Below, in pieces: positions 1 through 8,322 of a DNA stretch of 44,446 nt (its first letter is position 1; each line of letters starts with the position of its first letter). The translations under genes were made by a program, and so were the position numbers. Location of the stretch: the sequence record OR594181; one strand, 5' to 3'. This DNA comes from Escherichia phage vB_EcoM_SHAK7704. The notes below the pieces were generated by a model. The model saw only the letters and a list, made by a program, of their open reading frames with translations, did no database searches and was not told where the DNA came from.

Positions 1-1896
1 ATGGCTAAGGCAAGAGAATCACAAGCGGAGGCCCTTGCCAGATGGGAGATACTACAGGAGTTACAGCAGACCTTTCCTTACACAGCGGAAGGTTTGCTTC
101 TCTTTGCAGACACAGTTATTCATAACTTAATTGCAGGCAACCCTCATCTGATTCGTATGCAGGCTGATATCTTGAAGTTCCTATTCTACGGACACAAGTA
201 TCGCCTCATCGAAGCGCCTCGTGGTATCGCTAAGACAACACTATCAGCAATCTATACAGTATTCCGTATCATTCATGAACCGCATAAGCGTATCATGGTT
301 GTATCCCAAAACGCCAAGCGAGCAGAGGAAATCGCAGGTTGGGTAGTTAAAATCTTCCGTGGCCTAGACTTTCTTGAGTTTATGCTACCGGACATCTACG
401 CAGGGGACCGTGCCTCAGTTAAGGCATTTGAGATTCATTACACCCTACGTGGCAGTGACAAGTCGCCTTCTGTGTCTTGTTACTCAATCGAAGCAGGTAT
501 GCAGGGTGCGCGTGCAGATATCATCCTAGCAGATGACGTTGAGTCAATGCAGAATGCTCGTACAGCGGCAGGACGTGCCTTGCTTGAGGAACTGACCAAG
601 GAGTTTGAATCTATTAACCAGTTTGGTGATATTATCTACCTTGGTACTCCTCAGAACGTAAACTCTATCTACAATAACCTACCTGCTCGTGGTTACTCTG
701 TTCGTATCTGGACTGCACGTTATCCCTCAGTGGAGCAGGAGCAATGCTATGGTGACTTCCTTGCACCTATGATTGTGCAGGATATGAAGGACAACCCAGC
801 ACTTCGCTCAGGGTATGGCTTGGATGGCAATAGTGGTGCCCCTTGTGCACCTGAAATGTATGATGATGATGTACTGATTGAGAAGGAAATCTCGCAGGGT
901 GCGGCTAAGTTCCAGCTTCAGTTCATGCTTAACACTCGCATGATGGATGCTGACCGCTATCCGCTACGCCTGAACAACCTCATCTTCACTTCATTCGGTA
1001 CAGAGGAAGTCCCTGTGATGCCTACGTGGAGCAATGATTCCATCAATATTATTGGCGATGCACCGAAGTATGGCAATAAGCCTACAGACTTCATGTATCG
1101 ACCTGTGGCTCGCCCGTATGAATGGGGCGCTGTCACTCGTAAGATTATGTATATTGACCCTGCTGGTGGCGGTAAGAATGGGGATGAAACGGGTGTGGCT
1201 ATCGTCTTCCTGCACGGCACATTCATTTACGTGTACCAGTGCTTCGGTGTGCCAGGCGGATATCGCGAATCATCCCTGAATCGCATTGTGCAGGCCGCAA
1301 AGCAGGCGGGTGTTAAAGAGGTATTCATTGAAAAGAACTTTGGTCATGGCGCATTTGAGGCCGTTATAAAGCCATACTTTGAACGAGAGTGGCCTGTGAC
1401 TCTGGAGGAAGATTACGCCACCGGACAGAAAGAGTTGCGTATCATTGAAACACTAGAGCCACTAATGGCGGCCCACAGGCTCATCTTCAACGCAGAGATG
1501 GTCAAGTCTGATTTTGAGTCGGTACAGCGCTATCCGCTTGAACTACGCATGTCATACAGCCTTTTCAATCAAATGTCGAACATCACGATTGAGAAGAACA
1601 GCCTACGACACGATGACCGCTTAGACGCTCTGTATGGTGCTATACGGCAATTAACTTCTCAGATAGACTATGACGAGGTTACACGGATTAATCGCCTCAG
1701 AGCGCAGGAGATGCGCGATTACATCCATGCTATGAACACACCTCACCTCCGTAGGGCAATGCTCTATGGAGATTATGGCACTGAGCGAAGAGTAACCAAC
1801 ACTTCCGTGGCTATGCAGCAAAGAGTATACGGTCAGAATTACAGGAGTAAATCGGCAAGCAGAAATACACTTTCTGCAAGGATTTCAAGGATTTAG
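1..1896 (+). CDS. Terminase large subunit (T7 gp19-like)
   Basis: 631 aa; motifs matching T7 gp19 as recalled (RGIAKT, DKSPSV, ADIILADDVE, IIYLGTPQ, LQFMLN, RYPLRL, HDDRLDAL). Confidence 0.9.
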   Translation: MAKARESQAEALARWEILQELQQTFPYTAEGLLLFADTVIHNLIAGNPHLIRMQADILKFLFYGHKYRLIEAPRGIAKTTLSAIYTVFRIIHEPHKRIMVVSQNAKRAEEIAGWVVKIFRGLDFLEFMLPDIYAGDRASVKAFEIHYTLRGSDKSPSVSCYSIEAGMQGARADIILADDVESMQNARTAAGRALLEELTKEFESINQFGDIIYLGTPQNVNSIYNNLPARGYSVRIWTARYPSVEQEQCYGDFLAPMIVQDMKDNPALRSGYGLDGNSGAPCAPEMYDDDVLIEKEISQGAAKFQLQFMLNTRMMDADRYPLRLNNLIFTSFGTEEVPVMPTWSNDSINIIGDAPKYGNKPTDFMYRPVARPYEWGAVTRKIMYIDPAGGGKNGDETGVAIVFLHGTFIYVYQCFGVPGGYRESSLNRIVQAAKQAGVKEVFIEKNFGHGAFEAVIKPYFEREWPVTLEEDYATGQKELRIIETLEPLMAAHRLIFNAEMVKSDFESVQRYPLELRMSYSLFNQMSNITIEKNSLRHDDRLDALYGAIRQLTSQIDYDEVTRINRLRAQEMRDYIHAMNTPHLRRAMLYGDYGTERRVTNTSVAMQQRVYGQNYRSKSASRNTLSARISRI

Positions 1897-1897
1897 T

Positions 1898-1915
1898 ATT
1901 TACTGGACACTATAG
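1898..1915 (+). promoter_or_regulatory. Phage RNAP promoter ATTTACTGGACACTATAG
   Basis: 18-mer matching the consensus repeated across the window; immediately after the terminase stop. Confidence 0.7.
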
Positions 1916-1991
1916 GAGGAAGACCAAGAGAATAAAGGAATATTATAGGATAATATAGGATTACCTATGTTATATAGGTACACCTTATTAT

Positions 1992-2020
1992 GAGGGTACT
2001 CCTGTACCCTCTTCTTATCT
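1992..2020 (+). terminator. Promoter-proximal hairpin GAGGGTAC-tcct-GTACCCTC followed by T-rich run
   Basis: Perfect 8-bp stem, then ttcttatct; about 80 nt downstream of the promoter +1 and upstream of the 2054 ORF. Confidence 0.4.
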
Positions 2021-2053
2021 ACTTCATTATTTACTAGAAACAAGGAGTATAGA

Positions 2054-2335
2054 ATGGCTAATAATTATAGTGATCAACCACTAACAGGTCGATATGATCG
2101 AAAGCAGGAGACACCTGTAAGTGAAGCGTTAATGCTCCCTGTTGTTACAGAGGAGTCTATTAAGAAGAAAGCCAATGTTATCAATGATGCAACCAAATCT
2201 GGTAAACAGAAAGCATCAATGGTGTGTCGTCCTGTAGGTGGCACTCTTGAGATTGCCATTGCTACTGGCAGCAGAGAGGATGCAGATTGGTTGTCTGTTA
2301 AAATGGATGGCGTTGGTCTTATTACACCGGCTTAA
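2054..2335 (+). CDS. Hypothetical protein, paralog A of a three-gene family
   Basis: 93 aa; AAGGAG RBS; shares an INxxxxSGKQ...IAxGS..D.W domain with the next two ORFs. Confidence 0.6.
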   Translation: MANNYSDQPLTGRYDRKQETPVSEALMLPVVTEESIKKKANVINDATKSGKQKASMVCRPVGGTLEIAIATGSREDADWLSVKMDGVGLITPA

Positions 2336-2351
2336 TAAAGGAGAAGATAAT

Positions 2352-2636
2352 ATGTCTAAGTATGGCGATGCAGGTACTACTGGTCAGGCTTTTCGTGTAA
2401 AAGCAGTACAAACTATTGCAACTGCAATCCCTATGCCTATCGTGGCAGAAGCTGACCTTAAAAAGAAAGATCATCCAATTAATATTGAACACCTATCTGG
2501 TAAGCAGAAAGGTGCTATGGTGGTTGTAGATAAAGGAGATAATAGCCTTTATATTGCTATTGCACGTGGTTCTGCACCAACTGACCAGTGGGATGTAACT
2601 ACTATGGAAGCTGTACCTGTAACACCAGGAGCTTAA
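2352..2636 (+). CDS. Hypothetical protein, paralog B
   Basis: 94 aa from ATG 2352 with AAGGAG RBS; same conserved domain as paralogs A and C. Confidence 0.6.
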   Translation: MSKYGDAGTTGQAFRVKAVQTIATAIPMPIVAEADLKKKDHPINIEHLSGKQKGAMVVVDKGDNSLYIAIARGSAPTDQWDVTTMEAVPVTPGA

Positions 2637-2637
2637 T

Positions 2638-3327
2638 ATGCTGGGAGTAACAGGACAACGCAATAAGAATGTAGCCACCAAAGTGGTGGCTGATTTAGCT
2701 ACTGCTGCTACTGTCGAGGAATTACGAAACCAACATAGCTCTATTAACCGTGCTGACCTTTCTGGTAAACAAGAAGGTTCCGCCGTTATTATTAAGAAAG
2801 AAGATGGGAATTATTCTATCTTTGTAGCAACAGGAAGCAAGCCGACTGATGTGTGGAAAGAGTTGTCTCCAACAATACCAGAGCAAGAGATGCCTGCTGA
2901 ATATATTGATATGATTGATGTTCAAATTCATCAAGATTCTGCAAGCAACTTACATATAGACTCTTCTCGCACTAGTTTAATACAAACACCAATGTGGGAT
3001 ACTGAAGGTGAGTTGTTATTCCGTAATACACTAAGTGCAACATGTTCTTGTACTATTCTTGTTGATGGTGCGTCTGGTGTTCGTCAGGATTTTACTTTTA
3101 AGATTAATGGACTTTTAGAGCAGGAAGAGCAGTATTATGATATTGACACACTTATGTGCTCTATTCACTCTGCAACAACAACTAATGGCCTTACCTTGTG
3201 TATGCCAGATGCTAAAAGTGCAAAGACTAATAAAGTGGTAGTTAAGATCGACACTATGCAGTCATTAGCTATGAGCTTTGATCTTAACTTCCTTGTAGAA
3301 TGGACGTCACCAACGAGGTTACTATAA
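2638..3327 (+). CDS. Hypothetical protein, paralog C (family domain plus ~140-aa C-terminal extension)
   Basis: 229 aa; N-terminal domain homologous to A and B; stop overlaps the endolysin start (TAATG). Confidence 0.6.
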   Translation: MLGVTGQRNKNVATKVVADLATAATVEELRNQHSSINRADLSGKQEGSAVIIKKEDGNYSIFVATGSKPTDVWKELSPTIPEQEMPAEYIDMIDVQIHQDSASNLHIDSSRTSLIQTPMWDTEGELLFRNTLSATCSCTILVDGASGVRQDFTFKINGLLEQEEQYYDIDTLMCSIHSATTTNGLTLCMPDAKSAKTNKVVVKIDTMQSLAMSFDLNFLVEWTSPTRLL

Positions 3328-3671
3328 TGCTAAATCAATACTTCAAGCGTAAAGAATTTGCTTGCCGTTGTGGGTGCGGTACATCCACTGTTGATGCTGA
3401 GTTACTACAGGTAGTAACAGATGTGCGTGAGCACTTTGGTACTCCTGTTGTTATCACTTCTGGTCATCGCTGCGCCAAGCACAATGCTAATGTAGGTGGA
3501 GCTAAGAACTCTATGCATCTTACTGGTAAGGCTGCTGACATTAAGGTACGAGGCATCTTACCTTCTGATGTACATAAGTACCTTACTGATAAGTACCAAG
3601 GCAAGTATGGTATTGGTAAATATACCTCCTTTACTCATATTGATGTACGTGACGGGTGTGCACGATGGTAG
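3327..3671 (+). CDS. Endolysin, zinc peptidase M15-like fold
   Basis: 114 aa from ATG 3327 (ORF track starts at 3300 but has no RBS); SGHRC...H...D...H motif; sits beside the spanins. Confidence 0.7.
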   Translation: MLNQYFKRKEFACRCGCGTSTVDAELLQVVTDVREHFGTPVVITSGHRCAKHNANVGGAKNSMHLTGKAADIKVRGILPSDVHKYLTDKYQGKYGIGKYTSFTHIDVRDGCARW

Positions 3672-3779
3672 GTTGTGTTGCATGGTGTGAACGCATGGTT
3701 GCTAAGGCTTCAGAGGAAGGCAACTATGAAGATTGGCAGAACTACTCAACTTTATTAGCTCAATGGAAAGGGAGATGCA

Positions 3780-3929
3780 ATGAAAAAGCTGTTCAAATCT
3801 AAGAAGGTTGTAGGTGCACTAGTTGCATTGGCAATTGCTCTTGTTTCTGTAGGTCTTGGTGTAGACCTTGGCTCTGGCACGGAATCCTCTGTGACAGATG
3901 TGGTCTGCCAAGTGATCACCTGTGAATAA
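3780..3929 (+). CDS. Small hydrophobic peptide (49 aa), possible lysis regulator
   Basis: Not in the ORF track (under 60 aa); AAGGGAG RBS 9 nt upstream; MKKLFKSKKVVGALVALAIALVSVGLGV hydrophobic segment. Confidence 0.4.
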   Translation: MKKLFKSKKVVGALVALAIALVSVGLGVDLGSGTESSVTDVVCQVITCE

Positions 3930-4143
3930 GTTTCTAGAAGTGCTGGCAGGTCTTATTGGCCTGCTTGTCTCTGCTAAGAAGAAACAAGAAGAGAAGGAGG
4001 CACAAAGTGAAGCGAATCATGCTAGCGACAACCCTGCTGATTGGTTCGCTGATCATTTCAGGGTGTCAGACGGCGTTACCAGAGAATCCAAAGGTGAAGC
4101 CTCTGAAGCCGACGCTTACGGCAGTCTACGAGGTGGACGATAA
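3922..4143 (+). CDS. i-spanin (Rz-like), candidate
   Basis: 73 aa, GTG start; N-terminal transmembrane segment FLEVLAGLIGLLVSA then charged domain; overlaps the o-spanin ORF. Confidence 0.45.
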   Translation: MNKFLEVLAGLIGLLVSAKKKQEEKEAQSEANHASDNPADWFADHFRVSDGVTRESKGEASEADAYGSLRGGR

Positions 4144-4216
4144 AGTCTGCTTCAGTAAGCCTGACGCTACAAAATTAGGTCTGTACATTCTCTCGCTAGA
4201 ACGCGGGTATAATTAA
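4007..4216 (+). CDS. o-spanin (Rz1-like outer-membrane lipoprotein)
   Basis: GTG 4007 with GGAGG 6 nt upstream (alternative ATG 4019); signal peptide with lipobox IISGC; proline-rich mature part; +1 frame over the i-spanin. Confidence 0.6.
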   Translation: MKRIMLATTLLIGSLIISGCQTALPENPKVKPLKPTLTAVYEVDDKVCFSKPDATKLGLYILSLERGYN

Positions 4217-4245
4217 TACATAGTTTTATGTATCAGTGTCTTACG

Positions 4246-4263
4246 ATTTACTGGACACTATAG
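4246..4263 (+). promoter_or_regulatory. Phage RNAP promoter ATTTACTGGACACTATAG
   Basis: Exact consensus 18-mer upstream of the tailspike genes. Confidence 0.7.
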
Positions 4264-4347
4264 AAGAGATAAGATAGTGCCGTTCTTTTGAGCGGCCTAT
4301 TACTAGCCAATCTTCATAGGGAGGATTGGGAAGTAATAGGAGAGTAT

Positions 4348-4683
4348 ATGGCTAAGTTAACTAAACCCAAGACAACTGGCTTACTACATAGAGATACTGT
4401 ACTAGCTACATTATTGGATAATTTACTATCTAAAAGGCGTGTTACATTTGAAGGTGTAGTTCCAAGTGAAGATACTAAAATTGAGATAGAAGTACCTGCA
4501 ACAGGAGATTTAGATTCTTCGTGGGCATCACTTGTATCATTAAGTACACCTACACTTTGTACAGCTTGGATTACTAAAGTGTCAGATACTAGATTAGAAG
4601 TACATGTGTTCCATACAGCACAAGTTGAAATAGACATAGATGTAGATGTTTACATTCTAGGTAAACACATTGTCAGTGCGTAA
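4348..4683 (+). CDS. Short tailspike-like protein (111 aa) in the second-tailspike position
   Basis: ATG 4348 with GGGAGG/AGGAG RBS; sits directly upstream of the endosialidase, where K1-5-type phages carry a second tailspike. Confidence 0.5.
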   Translation: MAKLTKPKTTGLLHRDTVLATLLDNLLSKRRVTFEGVVPSEDTKIEIEVPATGDLDSSWASLVSLSTPTLCTAWITKVSDTRLEVHVFHTAQVEIDIDVDVYILGKHIVSA

Positions 4684-4750
4684 GCACTGCTTTTCGCGCA
4701 ACTTTTCTTAAAGGTTATCATGATGGTAGCCTTTCAGAAAAGGAGGTTAC

Positions 4751-7186
4751 ATGATTCAAAGACTAGGTTCTTCATTAGTTAAATTCAAGAGTAAAATAGC
4801 AGGTGCAATCTGGCGTAACTTGGATGACAAGCTCACCGAGGTTGTATCGCTTAAAGATTTTGGAGCCAAAGGTGATGGTAAGACAAACGACCAAGATGCA
4901 GTAAATGCAGCGATGGCTTCAGGTAAGAGAATTGACGGTGCTGGTGCTACTTACAAAGTATCATCTTTACCTGATATGGAGCGATTCTATAACACCCGCT
5001 TCGTATGGGAACGTTTAGCAGGTCAACCTCTTTACTATGTGAGTAAAGGTTTTATCAATGGTGAACTATATAAAATCACGGATAACCCTTATTACAATGC
5101 TTGGCCTCAAGACAAAGCGTTTGTATATGAGAACGTGATATATGCACCTTACATGGGTAGTGACCGTCATGGTGTTAGTCGTCTGCATGTATCATGGGTT
5201 AAGTCTGGTGACGATGGTCAAACATGGTCTACTCCAGAGTGGTTAACTGATCTGCATCCAGATTACCCTACAGTGAACTATCATTGTATGAGTATGGGTG
5301 TATGTCGCAACCGTCTGTTTGCCATGATTGAAACACGTACTTTAGCCAAGAACGAACTAACCAATTGTGCATTGTGGGATCGTCCTATGTCTCGTAGTCT
5401 GCATCTTACTGGTGGTATCACTAAGGCTGCAAATCAGCGTTATGCAACAATCCATGTACCTGATCACGGATTATTCGTGGGCGATTTTGTTAGCTTCTCT
5501 AATTCTGCGGTAACAGGTGTAACTGGTGATATGAAAGTTGCAACAGTTATAGATAAGGACAACTTCACGGTTCTTACAGCCAATCAGCAGACCTCTGATT
5601 TGAACAATGCTGGAAAGAATTGGCACATGGGCACTTCCTTCCATAAGTCTCCATGGCGTAAGACAGATCTTGGCCTGATACCTCGTGTTACTGAAGTTCA
5701 TAGCTTTGCTACTATTGATAACAATGGCTTTGTTATGGGTTATCACCAAGGCGACGTAGCTCCACGCGAAGTTGGTCTTTTCTACTTCCCTGATGCTTTT
5801 AACAATCCATCTAATTATGTTCGTCGTCAGATACCATCTGAGTACGAACCGGATGCGGCAGAGCCATGCATCAAGTACTATGACGGTGTGTTATACCTTA
5901 TCACTCGTGGTACTCGTGGTGACAGGCTTGGAAGCTCTTTGCATCGCAGTAGAGATATAGGTCAAACTTGGGAGTCACTAAGATTTCCACATAATGTGCA
6001 TCATACTACTTTACCGTTTGCTAAGGTAGGAGATGATCTTATTATGTTTGGTTCAGAACGTGCAGAAAATGAATGGGAAGCAGGTGCACCTGATGATCGT
6101 TACAAGGCATCTTATCCCCGCACCTTCTATGCACGATTGAATGTAAACAAGTGGAGTGCAGATGACATTGAATGGGTTAACATCACAGACCAAATCTATC
6201 AGGGTGACATTGTTAACTCCAGTGTAGGTGTAGGTTCGGTGGTAGTTAAAGATAGTTACATTTACTATATCTTTGGTGGTGAAAACCATTTCAACCCAAT
6301 GACTTATGGTGACAACAAAGATAAAGACCCATTTATTGGACATGGACACCCTACTGATATATACTGCTATAAGATGCAGATTGCAAATGACAGTCGTGTA
6401 TCTCGTAAGTTTACATATGGTGCAACTCCTGGTCAGGCTATACCTACTTTCATGGGTACTGATGGTATTCGCACTATTCCTGCTCCACTTCACTTATCAG
6501 GAGAGGTAGTTGCCGCAGATATGACTGTCGAACACCTTACCTTGAAGGCAAGTACAAGTGCTAATATTCGCTCAGAGATGCTGATGGAAGGTGAATATGG
6601 GTTCATTGGTAAGACTATACCAACGGATAACCCAACCGCCCAACGTGTTATCATCTCTGGTGGAGAGGGTACAGCAGCAGATACCGGTGCGCAAATTACC
6701 TTACATGGAGCAGGTTCTAGCACTTCTAGACGCGCAGTATATAATGCCAATGAGCACTTGTTCCAAAGTGGAGCTATCATGCCATACAATGATAACGTGT
6801 ATCCTGCTGGCGGCCCTCGTAATAGATTCACTACTATCCATCTTACAAGTGACCCTATTATTACGTCTGATGCCACTCATAAGTATGGATCACAAGGTAT
6901 TGATGAGAGTGTACTAAAGGCATGGGGTAAGGTTAGCTTCAAGCAGTACAAGTTGATTGGTGAGATGTCTCGTGGTGTGCACCACACTCACTTTGGTGTA
7001 TTGGCACAAGACATTGTAGCTGCTTTTGCATCCGAAGGGTTAGATGCAATCGACTTCGGCATTGTCTCCTTCGAAGAAGGTCAGTTTGGTGTTAGATATA
7101 GTGAAATCTTAATCTTGGAGGCTGCTTATACTCGCTATCGTTTAGACAAGTTAGAGGAGATGTATGCCACTAATAAAAGCAGTTAA
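4751..7186 (+). CDS. Endosialidase tailspike (endo-N-acetylneuraminidase) with C-terminal intramolecular chaperone domain
   Basis: 811 aa; sequence recalled as near-identical to K1E/K1-5 endosialidase; C-terminal chaperone-domain motifs; strong AAAGGAGG RBS. Confidence 0.9.
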   Translation: MIQRLGSSLVKFKSKIAGAIWRNLDDKLTEVVSLKDFGAKGDGKTNDQDAVNAAMASGKRIDGAGATYKVSSLPDMERFYNTRFVWERLAGQPLYYVSKGFINGELYKITDNPYYNAWPQDKAFVYENVIYAPYMGSDRHGVSRLHVSWVKSGDDGQTWSTPEWLTDLHPDYPTVNYHCMSMGVCRNRLFAMIETRTLAKNELTNCALWDRPMSRSLHLTGGITKAANQRYATIHVPDHGLFVGDFVSFSNSAVTGVTGDMKVATVIDKDNFTVLTANQQTSDLNNAGKNWHMGTSFHKSPWRKTDLGLIPRVTEVHSFATIDNNGFVMGYHQGDVAPREVGLFYFPDAFNNPSNYVRRQIPSEYEPDAAEPCIKYYDGVLYLITRGTRGDRLGSSLHRSRDIGQTWESLRFPHNVHHTTLPFAKVGDDLIMFGSERAENEWEAGAPDDRYKASYPRTFYARLNVNKWSADDIEWVNITDQIYQGDIVNSSVGVGSVVVKDSYIYYIFGGENHFNPMTYGDNKDKDPFIGHGHPTDIYCYKMQIANDSRVSRKFTYGATPGQAIPTFMGTDGIRTIPAPLHLSGEVVAADMTVEHLTLKASTSANIRSEMLMEGEYGFIGKTIPTDNPTAQRVIISGGEGTAADTGAQITLHGAGSSTSRRAVYNANEHLFQSGAIMPYNDNVYPAGGPRNRFTTIHLTSDPIITSDATHKYGSQGIDESVLKAWGKVSFKQYKLIGEMSRGVHHTHFGVLAQDIVAAFASEGLDAIDFGIVSFEEGQFGVRYSEILILEAAYTRYRLDKLEEMYATNKSS

Positions 7187-7397
7187 GCAAGCGGCTGTAC
7201 GCCAGAACACAGAAGAACTTATTCAATCAGGACGTGACCATAAGCAGGCTTATGCCATTGCTAAGGATGTACAACGTCGTGCCGGATTTCCCCCATATGG
7301 GGGCCGCGCTGCGGTTGGCTTGGGAATTGGGCTAGGCTGGGCCGTCTTCGACGGGTGGCCTAGAGCTTGCCGAGGTCTGCTCTTAGTGGCTGCACAA

Positions 7398-7531
7398 GGA
7401 GAACGCCTAGGAAGCGCTAGGGCACGCCTTAGTATTGGACAAGGTGATTGCCTTAGTGCAACCGCTTAGGGCTTACACAGGCCGTTTTAGGGCCATTCCT
7501 GAGCGTTTGACAAGGTGGGCGTGGGTGGGCT
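7398..7531 (+). repeat. Direct repeat copy 1 (134 bp), putative right terminal repeat
   Basis: Identical base-for-base to 7532-7665 in direct tandem. Confidence 0.7.
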
Positions 7532-7665
7532 GGAGAACGCCTAGGAAGCGCTAGGGCACGCCTTAGTATTGGACAAGGTGATTGCCTTAGTGCAACCGCT
7601 TAGGGCTTACACAGGCCGTTTTAGGGCCATTCCTGAGCGTTTGACAAGGTGGGCGTGGGTGGGCT
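7532..7665 (+). repeat. Direct repeat copy 2 (134 bp), putative left terminal repeat
   Basis: Identical to 7398-7531; followed at 7666 by ATCTGTT. Confidence 0.7.
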
Positions 7666-7716
7666 ATCTGTTCGTTTCGTTCACTCCGCTTGCGCTCCGT
7701 TCACTCGCTCACGTGT

Positions 7717-7845
7717 ACCTTAGGTTATTCCTTGATGGATGGCTTAGGTTAGCCTTAGTGGGCTGCCTTAGTTAAAGCCTTAGTGCTTAGCTTAGTATCA
7801 ACTTAGTAGTGTACCTTAGTAAGTCTTAGTGTCTTCTCTTAGTGA
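7717..7845 (+). repeat. Array of about 10 short CTTAGT-type repeats next to the terminal repeat
   Basis: ccttagg, gcttagg, ccttagt, gcttagt, acttagt, tcttagt recur every 8-15 bp. Confidence 0.6.
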
Positions 7846-8027
7846 TTGCATAGCTAAAGCTATAAGATGCAATTAGGTCGCGGTCGGTAGACCGCTAAGA
7901 GTAGGTAATAGTAATAAGATGCAGTAGGAGGAACACCAGAAACCTAGCCAACCTAGCCTATCCTAGCTCTGTATCTATTGCTTTCCTTAGTCTCACATGT
8001 TAGACAACCTATGTTTATCTTAGTAGT

Positions 8028-8043
8028 TGTGACATGTATCACA
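8028..8043 (+). promoter_or_regulatory. CRP-like site TGTGA-N6-TCACA
   Basis: tgtgacatgtatcaca matches both CRP half-sites; centred about 72 bp upstream of the predicted early start site. Confidence 0.3.
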
Positions 8044-8072
8044 TAAATAATCTATCTTAGTGAAACTTAGTG

Positions 8073-8101
8073 TTGACATAGGCAATCAACTGGTATACAT
8101 T
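8073..8101 (+). promoter_or_regulatory. Host sigma70-type early promoter
   Basis: TTGACA at 8073-8078, 17-bp spacer, TACATT at 8096-8101; about 400 bp inside the left genome end. Confidence 0.5.
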
Positions 8102-8251
8102 AGCAATCACTGAGACGGACCTAGCAAGCTGTCTCAGGTTATAAGCAGGAGAATTGATGCGTAAGCCATAGCTAGTGGATGTAGTCGCATGAAGGCTTGA
8201 GTAAGGGGCCGCTTAATACCTTCTTCCTCTGGAGACAACGCTTATAACACT

Positions 8252-8264
8252 GCTCTTTAACAAT
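8252..8264 (+). promoter_or_regulatory. Conserved early intergenic 13-mer GCTCTTTAACAAT (copy 1), candidate RNase III site
   Basis: One of five near-identical copies, each 40-70 nt upstream of an early gene start and flanked by imperfect dyads. Confidence 0.4.
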
Positions 8265-8322
8265 CTGCTTAGTGTAACCTATGTATGCCGTGGTTAATTA
8301 CTTATTGAATGAAGGATTAACT

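Noticed and set aside
5471-6876. Several 60-150-aa ORFs on both strands inside the endosialidase gene
   Set aside because: Embedded in a long, well-supported coding region; no translation signals.
7398-7665. Possible CRISPR array
   Set aside because: Only two copies, directly abutting with no spacer, and 134 bp long; consistent with terminal repeats, not CRISPR.
7164-7775. ORFs 7164-7469 and 7569-7775 spanning the terminal-repeat region
   Set aside because: Both run through the 134-bp repeats and GC-rich non-coding end sequence and have no convincing RBS. The first ~40 codons of 7164 could be a real small gene after the tailspike, but I cannot support it.
8281-8322. N-terminal extensions of track ORFs (8281, 9847, 10694, 26461, 28298, 32768, 33523, 35916)
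   Set aside because: The upstream in-frame starts lack RBSs or lie within the RBS of a downstream ATG; the shorter starts were used.
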